From contig NC_043014.1 of assembly GCF_006345805.1 (NCBI RefSeq), positions 11,284,001 through 11,348,000 on the forward strand: DNA of 64,000 nucleotides, in the 5' to 3' direction. The notes below the pieces were generated by a model that ran no database searches, was not told the DNA's origin, and saw only the letters and a list, made by a program, of their open reading frames with translations. A program made the position numbers and the translations under genes. Position 1 is the first letter of the stretch; the number at the start of each line of letters is the position of its first letter. This DNA comes from Octopus sinensis. Lineage: Eukaryota. Positions 48,291-62,524 of this stretch are shown piece after piece.

Positions 48291-48559
48291 TTTTCCATTC
48301 TTCTTGAGCGTCAAACAAATACACTGCTTGCTGTTCCATCACCTGTGATTGTCTTTCATTTTCTGTACATTCGAACCATACAGATACAATTATACATATG
48401 CAAATACATATATAAATATATAATTACACATACACACACTCACAGACACACATAATTCTTCGTCTTCGTTGGTCTTTGATGGGCGTGCACAGTTAGTTAG
48501 TCATGCCTTCTTTTATAACCACTAATGGAAGCTCACCCATCTCCAGTCAGTTCTTGTGA

Positions 48560-48880
48560 ATACATACATACGTACACACATACATACATACATACATACA
48601 TACATACATACATACATACATACACACATACATACATGCATACATACATACATACATACATACAAACATACACACATACATACATGCATACATACATACA
48701 TACATACATACATACATACATACATACGTGCATACATACATGCATACATACATACTTACATACATAAGTACATACATACATATATACATACATACATACA
48801 TACATACATACATACATGCATACATACATACATACATACATACATACGTACATACATACATACATACGTACATGCATACA

Positions 48881-48914
<34 letters not shown>

Positions 48915-49028
48915 CATACATACATACATACATACATACATACATACAAACATACAAATTACATACATAATTCATTACATTACATACATACATAGATACA
49001 TACATACATACATACATACATACATACA

Positions 49029-49062
<34 letters not shown>

Positions 49063-50320
49063 CATACATACATACATACATACATACATACAAACATACA
49101 TACATACATACATACATACATACATACATACATACATACATACATACGTACATACATACATACATACGTACATACATACATACATACATACATTCATACA
49201 TACATTCATACATACATACATAGATACATACATACATACATACATACATGCATGCATGCATGCATACATACATACATACATACATACATACATACACATA
49301 CGTACATACATACATACATACATACATACATACATACATACATACATTCATACATACATTCATACATACATACATGCATGCATGCATACGTACACACATA
49401 CATACATACATACATACATTCATACATAGATACATACATACATACATTCATACATACATACATACATACATAGATAAATACATACATACATTCATACATA
49501 CATACATACATACATACATTCATAATACATACATAGATACATACATACATACATTCATAATACATACATACATACATACATACATACATACATACATACA
49601 TACATACATACATTCATACATACATACATAGATACATACATACATTCATACATACATACATACATACATACATTCATACATACATACATACATACATTCA
49701 TACATACATACATACATACATACATACATACATACATACATACATACATACGTACGTACGTACATACATACATACATAATACATACATACATACATTACA
49801 TACATACATACATACATACATACATGATACATACATACATACATACATACAACGTACAATACATACATACATACATACATACATACATACATACATGCAA
49901 CATACATACATACATACATACATACATACAATACATGCATGCATACATACATACAAACATACATACATACATACATGCATGCATACATACATACATACAT
50001 ACATTCATACATACATACATACATAGGTACATACATACATACATACATACATACATGCATGCATGCATGCATACATACATACATACATACATACATACGT
50101 ACATACATACATACATACGTACATACATAGATACATACATACATACATACATACATACATACATACATACATACATACATTCATACATACATTCATACAT
50201 ACATACATACGTACGTACATACATACATACATACATACATACATACATTCATACATTCATACATTCATACATACATACATACATACATACCTACATCCAT
50301 ACATTCATACATACATACAT
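48560..50320. repeat. ~1.75-kb interrupted (TACA)n microsatellite
   Basis: Read directly from the sequence. Confidence 0.97.
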
Positions 50321-50839
50321 GGAAGCATACATATATAAGCACACACACTCTTACACACACACACACAAACACACACACTCATACACATATTAATATGAAG
50401 TGTTTGTACTTATCTTTCTGTCTTGTGTTTCCTCTTTCATTTACCTATGCACGGTCTGTTTCCATACGCATGTTTTTCCTGAACCCTAATTGCTGTTATA
50501 CATACGTATACATACATACACGCACACACACATATGTATATATATCTACATATGTATGTATGTACTCCTTAATGAATCTCTGCTATATAGTTTCGCGACG
50601 GTATTTGCATATTCATTTGCATATGTGTTATGTTTAAGTACATTTGTATATTTTATCCATCCGTGCTTATCTTCTATTTCTTGTTTCAGCATATGTTGCC
50701 TTAGGCGCTTTGCCTTTTCTTATGTACATACATACATACATACATACATACATACAGACAGACAGACAGACAGACAGATGGACAGACAGGTAGACAGACA
50801 AACTTACACATAAATACATACATGTAAAATATATAAATA

Positions 50840-50947
50840 CATACATATATATATGTATATATATGTATATACACACCCACTACTCATATATATACATATA
50901 TATAAATCTATATATATGTATGTAACTATGCAGGTCTGCGAGTGCGC

Positions 50948-51029
<82 letters not shown>

Positions 51030-51030
51030 G

Positions 51031-51091
<61 letters not shown>

Positions 51092-51171
51092 GTATGTATA
51101 TATATATATAAATAAATATATATATATACATATACATATATATATATATAATATATATAATATATATATTA

Positions 51172-51205
<34 letters not shown>

Positions 51206-51354
51206 CTATATATACATATATATATATATATACAATATATATATATAGGTATGTATATGCATATATATACATATATATATGTATATGTATATGTATGTAC
51301 GTAAATGCAGGTGGTGTATGCGCGTGTATACATAACTATATTTATGTATATATG

Positions 51355-51411
<57 letters not shown>

Positions 51412-51500
51412 ATATATTATATATAATATATATATATGCATGTATATATGTATGTATGTATGAAAGTATGTATGTAAATATGTATGAATGTATGTAATGC
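50840..51500. repeat. Long interrupted (TA)n tract; similar tracts at 34292-34390, 43494-43808, 58030-58360 and 60230-60660
   Basis: Read directly from the sequence. Confidence 0.95.
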
Positions 51501-51900
51501 ATCTTTTGATGTGTGCATATGCACGTGTTAGTGCATATCCATTGTAGTGTAGGCATGTACAGATGTGTTTATTTATATTCAGCCCGTCATAGCTGGTGCA
51601 TGACTCTTCATAGCTGTATATGCTTTTACGTGCGTACATAAATACACGCACACAGACCCCTCATCCCCACACACATTATTACCAGGTATTGAGAGAACGC
51701 AGTTTAGATGAAGAGCGAAATATTTAATTATTAATGCTTATAGTAGAGTATTCATATGCAGGATAACACCGGTTTCATAGTAAGAAGGCTGAGATTAAGT
51801 GGGTCAGTGTAAAAATCCTGCGTTCATCGGATAATCTAATAAAGGAATGAATTATTCAAGATGGCTACTCTGAGAAGTTTCACGTGAAATGAGCAAGTTT

Positions 51901-52285
51901 TATCGCCCGGCGTTGCTCGGGTTTGTTTCGATCCTTTAGAATTAGAATTTTTGAAAAGTAAAAATTTCGCATTACGTAGCTTGTTTATTCTCTTTAAGTG
52001 AACATTTTTCTGGTTGAAATACACCGAAGAATGGCGACACAGCAGTCAAAAAATCGTAAAAAATAAGGATTTTCATAGAAAAAAAGCACCTTTTTGATGT
52101 AAATAATTTTTGGTCTTAACATGGTCCGATTTGAATTTTTTTCTTCTACGGAATGAAGAACAAGCCTTCTTATTTCATACTCTCAATTTTGGTCAACTTG
52201 CGCCGCAGGGTCTCGGAGGAGATAGTGTTAGTTGAAGGCTACCAAACCTGCCACACACAGACAACTTCAGCTTTGATTAATCCTA
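51901..52285 (-). mobile_element. Helitron-like element sharing the 3' hairpin of 12081-12382, with CTAG end missing
   Basis: TATCGCCCGGCGTTGCTCGGGTTTGT followed by a different interior ending ACACACAGACAACTTCA. Confidence 0.6.
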
Positions 52286-52752
52286 GCTTATTTCATTCTT
52301 GTGAAGAAATGTGTGATGTAGATTGGACTGCATTCTAAATTATTTAGCTAGACTCACTTCCTTGAGCTGTGTGTAATGGTAAAGAATGAGCTGTGTGTAA
52401 TGACCATGGAATTGCACCTAGAAAGTTCCGCTTCGAGACACAAGGTTGTTTTGTGGAAGACCAGCAGTCACCCACGCGTAACTGTCTCTACTCTCCACGC
52501 CACCGATTTTATCCAAGGGAAAGGCAAAGGCCGATACAGCTTGGCACCTGTGATGTCGCAAACTCATTTCTCCAGCTGAGTGAACTGGAACATCGTGAAA
52601 TAAAATATCTTACTCCAGAACACAACACGCGGCCCGGTCCGAAAATCGAACTCACAACCTCACGATTGTAAGCCCGATGCCCAGAATTCAAAAGGCCAGC
52701 CTTGTCACACTCTCTGTCAAGCTGAATCTGCCTGAGAACTACGTTAAGGGTA

Positions 52753-52946
52753 AATGCTTAGCGGTATTTCGTCTGCCGTTACGTTGTGAGTTCAAATTCC
52801 GCCAAGGTCGACCTTGCCTTTCATCCTTTCGGGGTCGATAAATTAAGTACCAGTTACGCATTGGAGTCGATGTAATCGACTTGATACCTATGTCTGTCCT
52901 TGTTTGTCTCCTCTGTGTTTAGCCCCTTGTGGGTAGTAAAGAAATA
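52753..52946 (+). mobile_element. 5'-truncated family B unit inserted into a tail-D SINE fragment
   Basis: GGTA at 52749-52752 and 52947-52950. Tail D sequence continues on both sides. Confidence 0.8.
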
Positions 52947-53535
52947 GGTACGTGTTCCTGTAGAGTACTCAATCACTTGCATGCTCATATTGGTAAGGAA
53001 TATTGTAAATGTATTTTGTCCAGAACACTAAAAAAGAACAGCAACAACCAAAGAATATAACGAGCATTCAGTGCACTTAAGTTCACAGACAGAATAAGAA
53101 CATTTCTAGTGTTTTTTGTATTGAAGATATTTCAACTCAACTCAACAAACGCAATACTTCACGGACGGTAAACTTTGTTAAAGGAGTAAGTTGAAGAGAC
53201 AAAAATGGGGAGAAATAAACCTAGGAAAAATAATAAAAAAAAACTAAAAATAAGAATAAAAATAAAGATAGATGAAAAACAGTAAGGCAAAATTTAAAAG
53301 GACAAAGAGCGAAAGAAGTAGTGAAGAAAAAAAGATGTTATTCATAATCGTGGTCTGGTGGTTGAGCTTTTGAGTCAGCAATCATGCACTATTCCATGTG
53401 TGGGCATCTTGCAAACAGTTTATTTTTGGACTTGAGGACAGTATTGAAGTTTTCAAGGGTTTCTAGAATTTGTGGTTCTCAGAAAATTTTCCGCCTTTTT
53501 AACTCAATTTATATATGATTTTCTTCTGTGAAGTA

Positions 53536-54101
53536 TTGGGTTGTCCGGAAAGTCCGTGCCGATTTATAGTAGCTTACCTTTCGACTTATTTTAGAACATG
53601 TTTAAGTCCATAAAATAGGATTTGACTACATCTCCATTTAGAGCACAGTTTAAGCTATCTTTTCGTGGAAGAAGGTTTATGTTCCAATAACCTGTGTTAA
53701 TTCTGTAACCCTTTAAAATGGAAGATAAGAAATATCATTTTCGGCACTTGATGCTTTAGGAACCAGACAAAAATTGCTGCTGCTCGGCTGCGATGTGCTA
53801 CCCCACACTCCATATTCACCAGATATTGCTCCTTCGGATTTCCACTTATTCAGGTCTCTGCAGAATAGTGTTAATGGTAAAAATTTCAATTCCTTGGATG
53901 ACATAAAAAGATACCTTGATGAATTCTTTGCCATGAAACCACCTCAATTCTGGGAAGAGGGTAGTTTCAAGTTAAAGGAAAGATGGAGACGCATTGTGCA
54001 ATAAAATGGTTCATATTTGGTTGATTAAAAATGTAATGGCAAGTACTTATTGACCTTTTTCTTTCCTTTAAAAATCGGCACGAACTTTCCAGACAACCCA
54101 A
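53536..54101 (+). mobile_element. Internally deleted mariner transposon (566 bp)
   Basis: ~30-bp TIRs TTGGGTTGTC(C/T)GGAAAGT(C/T)CGTGCCGATTT with TA TSDs. Start MEDKKYHFRHLML (53718) is fused out of frame to ...PHTPYSPDIAPSDFHLFRSLQN...LKERWRRIV. Confidence 0.93.
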
Positions 54102-54122
54102 TACTTTACATTTTATGTTATA

Positions 54123-54520
54123 CTAGCAGTATCGCCCGGCGTTGCTCGGGTTTGTAAGGGAAATAACTATATAAGCATTTTTAGAGAGTTATAACCAAAA
54201 AATAGCAAAAAAATGCATTAAAAATGGAAAAAAATTATGGTAAATTTTTTTTTAAATCGTTGACTCATCGTAGACATTTTTAGAGAGTTACTTCCCTTAT
54301 ATAATAGCGAAAAAATGCATCAAAATGGAAAAAAAATTATGGTAAATTATTTTTAAAATCGTAGACTCATCGTAGACGCGCGCTAATACCCAGAAGGGCT
54401 AGATATGAATCACGACTATAAGATAGCCGGTTTTGGTTAAACTGCACCGCAAAATGTGGGAGTAGTTAGAAATCTAAATCGTAGGAGACAGACACACAAC
54501 TTCACTTTTATATATAAAGA
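54123..54520 (-). mobile_element. Non-autonomous Helitron with ~100-bp internal tandem duplication
   Basis: A|TC...CTAG|T ends. Homologous to 12081-12382. Confidence 0.87.
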
Positions 54521-55314
54521 TTTCAATTCACTGCCGCTCACTGATCATATATAGCCTGCCAATGTCATATCTGTTCATTTATTCGGACGATTGAAAGATG
54601 ACAAATTATTTTAAAATGTTCAACTCCATCGATATGACACTTTCTGTTCTTTGCTTCATTTTGGCGTGACTTTTACCTCATAGACAACCAGTAATATGCT
54701 GTACTATAGTTCCGTCATCCTTCTTCATAAACATTTAAAATCGGTAATGATTGCGTATTCGGAGCACAAAAGTAGCCGATTTTTTCTTATAAGTGTGTCG
54801 TATCAGATGCTTTGTCGAAGTTATCTTTTTGAGGCTGAGAGACAGATAGATTAGAAATTCTATTTCCACATTTGTATATCCATATATGGATAATATATTT
54901 TATAGATAGGAATGGTTAGGACAAAAAAAAAAACTGAAAGAGACCTCGATATTATGTAAATAGAGGAATATATCTGTAAATGTAATGTCACACATTACAT
55001 TTACAGATAATATATTATATATATATGGGTGGAGAGGTGTGTGCGTGTATGTATGTATTTGTGGATGAAAGCAGTATTAGTTCCGAATAGTAATCTGCAT
55101 ATCTTACTTAATGTAGATATACAGTAAGAAAGCCACAATACTGCAGTATTCGTCGATACGAGATGCTTTCTCGAGAAGAAAGCCAGTTTTCGAGGCATCC
55201 TTACTGTATACCCATGTTAATTATGATATATAGATTGTCATATATATGTAGATATGTATGGGAGTATGTATATATATTGATATATATTTATATATACACA
55301 CACACATTAAATTT

Positions 55315-55660
55315 ACTCTTACTTTTTACTCTTTTACTCGTTTCAGTCATTAGACTGAGGCCAAGCTGGAGCACCGCCTTTAGTCGAGCAAATCGACCCC
55401 AGGACTTATTCTTTGGAAGCCAAGTACTTATTGTATCGGTCTATTTTGCCGAACCACTAAGTTACGGGGATGTAAACACACCAGCATCGGTTGTCAAGCG
55501 ATGATGGGGGTGGGGGCAAACACAGACACACAGACTCAGAATAAGTACTAGGCTTCCAAAGAACAAGTCCTGGGAGTCGATTTGCTCGACTAAGGGCGGT
55601 GCTCCAGCATGGCCGCATTCAAATGATTGAAAAAAGTAAAAGAGTAAAATAGAGTAAGAG
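55315..55660. mobile_element. Two family A tails in inverted orientation
   Basis: Minus tail at 55315-55535, plus tail at 55538-55660. Confidence 0.75.
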
Positions 55661-56018
55661 TATACAGTTACGTAATTAAAATATACTATTTATTTATTTA
55701 TAGTTTTTGTTAAATACATAATTAGTTACGCATTTTAATTACATAATTATGTAAATGATAATGGTCTATGCTACTGAGAGCAGCCGTTGACCTCAATTGC
55801 TATCTTTATCTGAAATTTAAGCTTTACTGCTTTGTACTATGAATATGTCGTTCTCAGCGACCATTTTAACTGATTCTATAAATACGGGCAAAATCTTTTC
55901 GACCCAGATTTACTGCAGCAAAATAGCACTTTTGGTGGGTAATTAACAATGTGTTATTAAATGAGCACTAAATTAGCAATGATTTATATTTTGATGTTTA
56001 TGTTTATTCACAAATTGC

Positions 56019-56053
<35 letters not shown>

Positions 56054-56249
56054 AATATACAGCACGAAATTTTGTCAGCGAAAAGGTCGCGGTTTCAAAG
56101 CGACGAAAATATTTTGGCACATTAAATTTAAATGTTGAAGTGAATCTAACGGGTTTTTGTGTGTTTTTAAATGGCTTATAAACACATTCCGTACTGCAAC
56201 TGTTTTTGTTTCAGCACACGATTTCAGATCAAGTCACATGCTATACAAG

Positions 56250-56549
56250 TACATTTCCTTCTCAAGCCACGCCTGGCCCATAAGAGCCGGTTTCTCGGTT
56301 TCCTTGGCGTATAGGTTCCCCACCTGGACGGGACACCGGTACGTCGCAGGTGAGCTGCAAGATGCAGGAGGAAAGAGAGAGAAAGTTGTGGCGAAAGAGT
56401 TAGCAGAAGTTCGCCATTACCTTCTGCCAGAGCCGCGTGAAACTTAGATGTTTTGCTCATAAGCACACACATCACCCGGTTTTAAATATCGAACCCGCGA
56501 TTCCTCGACCACGATCCACTGCTCTAACCACTAGGCCATGTACCTCCAC
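56250..56549 (-). mobile_element. tRNA-headed SINE, head C plus tail H
   Basis: Homologous to 6125-6446. Confidence 0.8.
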
Positions 56550-56642
56550 CGTAATATATATATATATATATATAAGAATTTTTTTGCCTAATAAGATAAA
56601 AAACCAAGGCTGCGTAGATATTAGAGCATTTATAGATAGAAG

Positions 56643-56694
56643 GTCTTACAGCTGTTTCTGGGATATTTATTAATTATATCCCTTCATCGGAGAC
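56643..56694 (-). ncRNA. Minimal type-I hammerhead-like motif (U4C variant)
   Basis: GTCT-CCGATGA-A-GGGATAT-9nt-ATATCCC-A-GAAA-CAGCTG-TA-AGAC. Confidence 0.6.
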
Positions 56695-57247
56695 GGTGTG
56701 AGAGGATAGTTAAGTCATAGTTAGTTTAGATGTGATATAGATATAAATAATAATTTGAGGGAATATTATTCCTAACTTACAGGGAAAAATTCAATTTAGA
56801 AATACTAAATCAAATTTCACAAAATATGATATTTATATATAAATTACATATATAGATGGTGCAATTTAATTGTTCAATTTGGATTGATAAAAAGTGAGTT
56901 TTTTTCTAATTTATATATATATATATGCCTTTTCTGTTTGATAAAAATATCAACTTAAACATCAGATACTCTCGGCGTATTTCTTCTTTTGGCGTATTTT
57001 CTTCTGTATACACTTCTTTGACTGCTGCGTTTTCGCTTTATATCTCTACGCTTTGTCTGGCACGTGCTTTCACTTGCCTAACAGTGCATTATTTGTTTGC
57101 TTATCTCCGTTTCGCTTCATAATCTTACTCGTGTTATTTGTGTGATAACATACACACACTTGTGTATATATATTCATCTCTCTCTCCTCTCTCTCCTCTC
57201 TCTCTCTCTCTCATCTCTCCATATATATATATATATATAAATAATAT

Positions 57248-57316
<69 letters not shown>

Positions 57317-58062
57317 TATATATACATATAAATGCACAAATATGCAATCTTTGTGTATGTGCTTGCGAGCGTAAAGTGTTTGAGCGCATACTATGTTTTC
57401 AGGAACACGATACATGTTAGTTAGTACCTGTCTTGCTACCAATATCGACAAAATAATAATTGTATAAACCACATATGTATTTGTACACATGTATTTGTAC
57501 TTTAGATTATCTGTTGCTCCAGAAATAACACCCACCAACGATATAACAACCACAACCAAAATAACATATGCAATACATTACTTGCTATGTACTCATCGAT
57601 AAATTGTATTTCGTAAGGAAAAGAATTTGGGGTTACGTGTCTTTATTTTTTAATAATTATTCAAATGCATGATTTAATTTATTTCCCTATTGTTGTGAAT
57701 TTAAATTCCCGAGTTTTGCATTTTATTTTGTCTAGTCAAAACAATAAGTCCCACGGCGCCGTATAAATTACTTTTGCTAGAATACATAACCTTTTGTCTA
57801 GTTTAAACAAATCCCTTTTTCTAACTGGAGGTCTCATTGGTTTTTTATGTACTTCGAGTAAATATATGTGAAAATATGTATGCATATATAGGTGCAGCTA
57901 TATATAAACTATGATAGGCTATCTTGATTATGAATTAGAAATTGTTAATCATATACACATGTAATACAGACATATATACACACAATCACACACGAATACG
58001 TGTAAACGCCATTGACGTACCAATGTAGGGAATATATATATATATTATATATCATATCTATG

Positions 58063-58145
<83 letters not shown>

Positions 58146-58190
58146 GTATGTATATGTATAAGATATATATATAATATATATATATATATA

Positions 58191-58234
<44 letters not shown>

Positions 58235-58272
58235 GTATATGTATATATGTAATATATATATATTATATGTAG

Positions 58273-58319
<47 letters not shown>

Positions 58320-58879
58320 CTATTATATAATATATATATATATTGTATGTATATATAGCGTTCAACAAAGTACTTTGGGTTGATTACTTGATACGTGTAG
58401 GTTTAGGCATGTTCTTTTGTATAAAGACGAAAACTGTATGAAGGTGTAAGCTTATATTCTATGTACAAAACCAAATTCAAACCTCATGTCATCATAGAAT
58501 TTCACATATAACATTAAATTCTCGACAAATAGGTCAACAGAAATTTCCAAAATCCTTGAGTCAAAGAATTTGTTTCTCACAATATGGCGCCACTTTATCA
58601 GGTTCCTTTTGTCTGTAAAAATAATCAATGTTTTCTATATTTTTCTTTTCTTTGATCTTTTTTTTCTTGTTTCCTCATTTCAATATTTTCCTTTGCTGTT
58701 TTATAAATAGGATGTAATAGCTATAATTTCAAGACTTTCCGTTACAAAACAAACAGTCAAGATAACAAAGACACATGTTGTAAATAAATACGATACAGCT
58801 TTCCAATTATTTTCTTACAAATAACGAAACGTTAGCGGTGACAATAAGATAAATGAAATAAACTCTAAAAAGAAAAAAA

Positions 58880-58979
58880 NNNNNNNNNNNNNNNNNNNNN
58901 NNNNNNNNNNNNNNNNNNNNNNNNNNNNNNNNNNNNNNNNNNNNNNNNNNNNNNNNNNNNNNNNNNNNNNNNNNNNNNN
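58880..58979. other. Assembly gap (100 N)
   Basis: Run of N. Confidence 1.
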
Positions 58980-58994
58980 ACATTTAGTAGGGCA

Positions 58995-59032
<38 letters not shown>

Positions 59033-59044
59033 ACAGGTTTCTTC

Positions 59045-59158
59045 CTATGTACCAAATCCACTCAGAAGGCCTTGGTCGGCCCGAGGCTATAGTTGAAGAC
59101 ACTCGCCCAAGGTGCTTCGCAGTAGGACTGAACACGGAACTATGTGGTTGGGAAGCAA
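59045..59158 (-). mobile_element. SINE family A head fragment
   Basis: TACCAAATCCACTCA...GGTCGGCCCGAGGCTATAG. Confidence 0.7.
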
Positions 59159-59335
59159 TATGCATATGTATATGTATATACATATACATATATATATACA
59201 TATATATATGCATATGTATATGTATATACATATACATATATATATATATACATATATATATGCATATGTATATGTATATACATATACATATATATATATG
59301 CATATGTATATGTATATATGTATATATGTATATAC

Positions 59336-59375
<40 letters not shown>

Positions 59376-60226
59376 ATATATATATATATATTATATATAT
59401 ATATATATATGCGGAAAATATGCCTTCCGGAAATACATATACCATATTTCTGGTAAATAAACAGGATTGTCTTTCTCGTTGTTACTTTCATTAACTTAAC
59501 TCTCTCAGTAATACAAAACATATTCTTTTTGCATTTTTCAATTTTTATCTTTATTTTTATTTCTATATATTTATTTATTTATCTATTTATTGTCGTAAAT
59601 GCTACGAAGACATCGCAGGTGAGAAATGTCAACCATCAGAAGAAGCAACTTGTACATAGCCCCGGAAGTAGAGTATGGAAAGATCAAAATAATGAAATCG
59701 CTTAACGGACGAAACAACCGGAGCTGCTCTCACCTTGCTCCGTCTTCACCTCATCTCAGCATAAATAAACTGGTTGATTTGACAAGAGCGAAACGTAAAC
59801 CTACTGGATTACAGGAATAACAAAGAATGGTAGAACTAGCTTGAAGCAGCTCGTAGATACAATGCTTAATAAGAATTATGACATTTCAAGTAGTGTTTGT
59901 TTAGCTTTCTTTCACGCTACGACTATTTATTTTTTCTTATTCACATCAAATTATTCGGAGAACAACGGCTCGAAGCGAAATATGACAAGGGGGGAAGAAA
60001 AAACATTGTTAGAGCTTGGGCGGTATGACGTCTTGCGATTATACGTGATGCGTACACACATGCACAGCAAAATAGTATGTATGTGCGTGTGTGTGTGTGT
60101 GTGTGTGGTGTGTGTGTGTGTGTGTGTGTGTAGTGTGTGTGTATGTATGTATGTATGTATGTATGCATGTATTCATGTATTCATGCATTATGTATAGTAC
60201 TGCTATCCCTAAACGAAATCTTAAGC

Positions 60227-60257
<31 letters not shown>

Positions 60258-60262
60258 TATAA

Positions 60263-60300
<38 letters not shown>

Positions 60301-60353
60301 CATACATACATACATATACATATATACATATATATATATATATTCATATATAT

Positions 60354-60388
<35 letters not shown>

Positions 60389-60574
60389 TCATATATATAT
60401 ATATATAATATATATATACACAATATATATATGCACCGCACACACACACACATAAGTGTGTGTGTATGTATGTATGTAATATATGAGCATACACATACAT
60501 ATATATGTCTATATGTCTATACATATATATGTATATCATGTGTGTACATATATATATATATAATATATATGTAT

Positions 60575-60616
<42 letters not shown>

Positions 60617-61089
60617 TATATATATAGTATATATATATATATATATATATATCTATATAAACTTATTTTACATATATAAACCATACAGATGCATATGTAT
60701 ACAATATACACACAGAGGCACTCACACAAAAGCATACATACACACACCCATACACACACCTAGATATACAAGCGTGCGTACACATATTTCAACATGAAAA
60801 CTCTTGATAAAAACGACGTTTTCTGTTTATTATTACAAAGCATAAAGGAACACACGAGGTGGTGTGTTCTCTGTTGTTCTCGACGGTGGGGCATTCACAT
60901 GTTTAAACCTAGGGAACTCTTGTTTGTGAAATATTAATATGGAAGTAGTTCGGAATATCTGCGGCCCTTAATGAAATTTTCGGGTTTAATCAGCGTGACA
61001 CATATGTGGCCAGATTAGACCGTTGTATCAGAGGCGTAGTCGTGAGGGAGAAAGGGAGAGATAGAGGGAAGGGAGAGAAAGAGAGAGAA

Positions 61090-61091
61090 GT

Positions 61092-61138
<47 letters not shown>

Positions 61139-62045
61139 TGTTGTAGTAGTTGTAGTAGTAGTAGTAGTAGATGATGATCAAGATGGAGAACATGATGATG
61201 ATGATGATGATGATGATCAAGGGGGTGAGGATATGATGGCGGCGGCGGCATAGGTGGTGATGGTGGAGGTGGTGGTGGTGGTGAAAAAGATGAGGACGAT
61301 GATGATGATCAGGAGGAGGACATGATGATAATTGTGGTGGTGGCGAAGAAGAAGAAAAAGAAGAAGAAGAAGAAGAAGAAGAAGAAGAAGAAAACGAAGA
61401 AGAAGAAGAAGATTATGATGATGATGATGGTGATGATGATGATGACAATGATGAAGAAGAAGAAGAATGAGGAGAGAAGAAGAAGAAGAAGAAGAAGAAG
61501 AAGAAGAAGAGATTATGATGATGATGATGGTGGTGATGATGATGACAATGAAGAAGGAGGAGGAGAAGAAGGAGAAGAAAGAAGAAGAAGAAGAAGAAGA
61601 AAAGGGAAGAAGATGATGATGATGATGATGGTGGTGATGATGATGACAATGAAGAAGAAGGAGGAGGAGAAGAAGGAGAAGAAGAAGAAGAAGAAGAAGA
61701 AGAAGAAGAAGATTATGATGATGATGATGGTGATGATGATGATGACAATGATGAAGAAGAAGAAGGAGGAGGAGAAGAAGAAGAAGAAGAAGAAGAAGAA
61801 AAGAAGATTATGATGATGATGATGGTGGTGATGATGATGACAATGAAGAAGAAGGAGGAGGAGAAGAAGGAGAAGAAGAAGAAGAAGAAGAAGAAGAAGA
61901 AGAAGAAGATGAAGAAGAAGAAGATGAAGAAGAAGAAGAAGAAGAAGATTCTGATGATGATGGTGGTGATGATGATGATGATGATGATGACAATGAAGAA
62001 GAAAACTAAGAATAAAAACAACTACAACAACAACAGCAACAACAA
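61090..62045. repeat. (TAG/GAT/GAA)n complex repeat with ~100-bp higher-order unit
   Basis: GATTATGATGATGATGATGG...GACAATGA recurs near 61411, 61511, 61711 and 61807, with partial copies. Confidence 0.9.
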
Positions 62046-62524
62046 TTATCTACAACAATTGTCCGCACACAAAGATGAAAGACAAACTTGACCTCGGCGG
62101 GATTCGAACTCAAAATGTTAACAACAACCGGAACGATTACCACTCGGCCAGGCATTCTGTCCAGCAGTAATACGATTCTTCGCTGCGCAAAACAGTTATA
62201 CGCACGTACAGGTATACGTGTATGAACACGTATACAAATGGACAGACACGGTTCCACATGTACACATGTGTACAAAGACACCAACCTTTATACAAAATAC
62301 ATCCTTTATACAAAATACATCTTTTTGTGGCTGATGAGAGAAAGCTGGTCTTGTGCAGTTGGCCGGTAGTTGAGGTCGTCTGACATTTTATCGGGAGACG
62401 GAAATTGTGTTGCATTTTATTTCTCACTGTTCGTAGTCTACGACAGTAGTTCTCAACCATTTCTTGACCTCTGGACCCCTTTGATTGCTACTCTGTCCAG
62501 GCGAACCCCCAAAGCCGTTCGATG

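Noticed and set aside
48522-50393. Many long ORFs (up to 305 aa) of YIHT/MYVC repeats
   Set aside because: These are translations of (TACA)n, which has no stop codon in any frame. There are no splice or homology cues.
61322-62091. Poly-K/M/E ORFs
   Set aside because: These are translations of (GAA)n/(GAT)n repeats.
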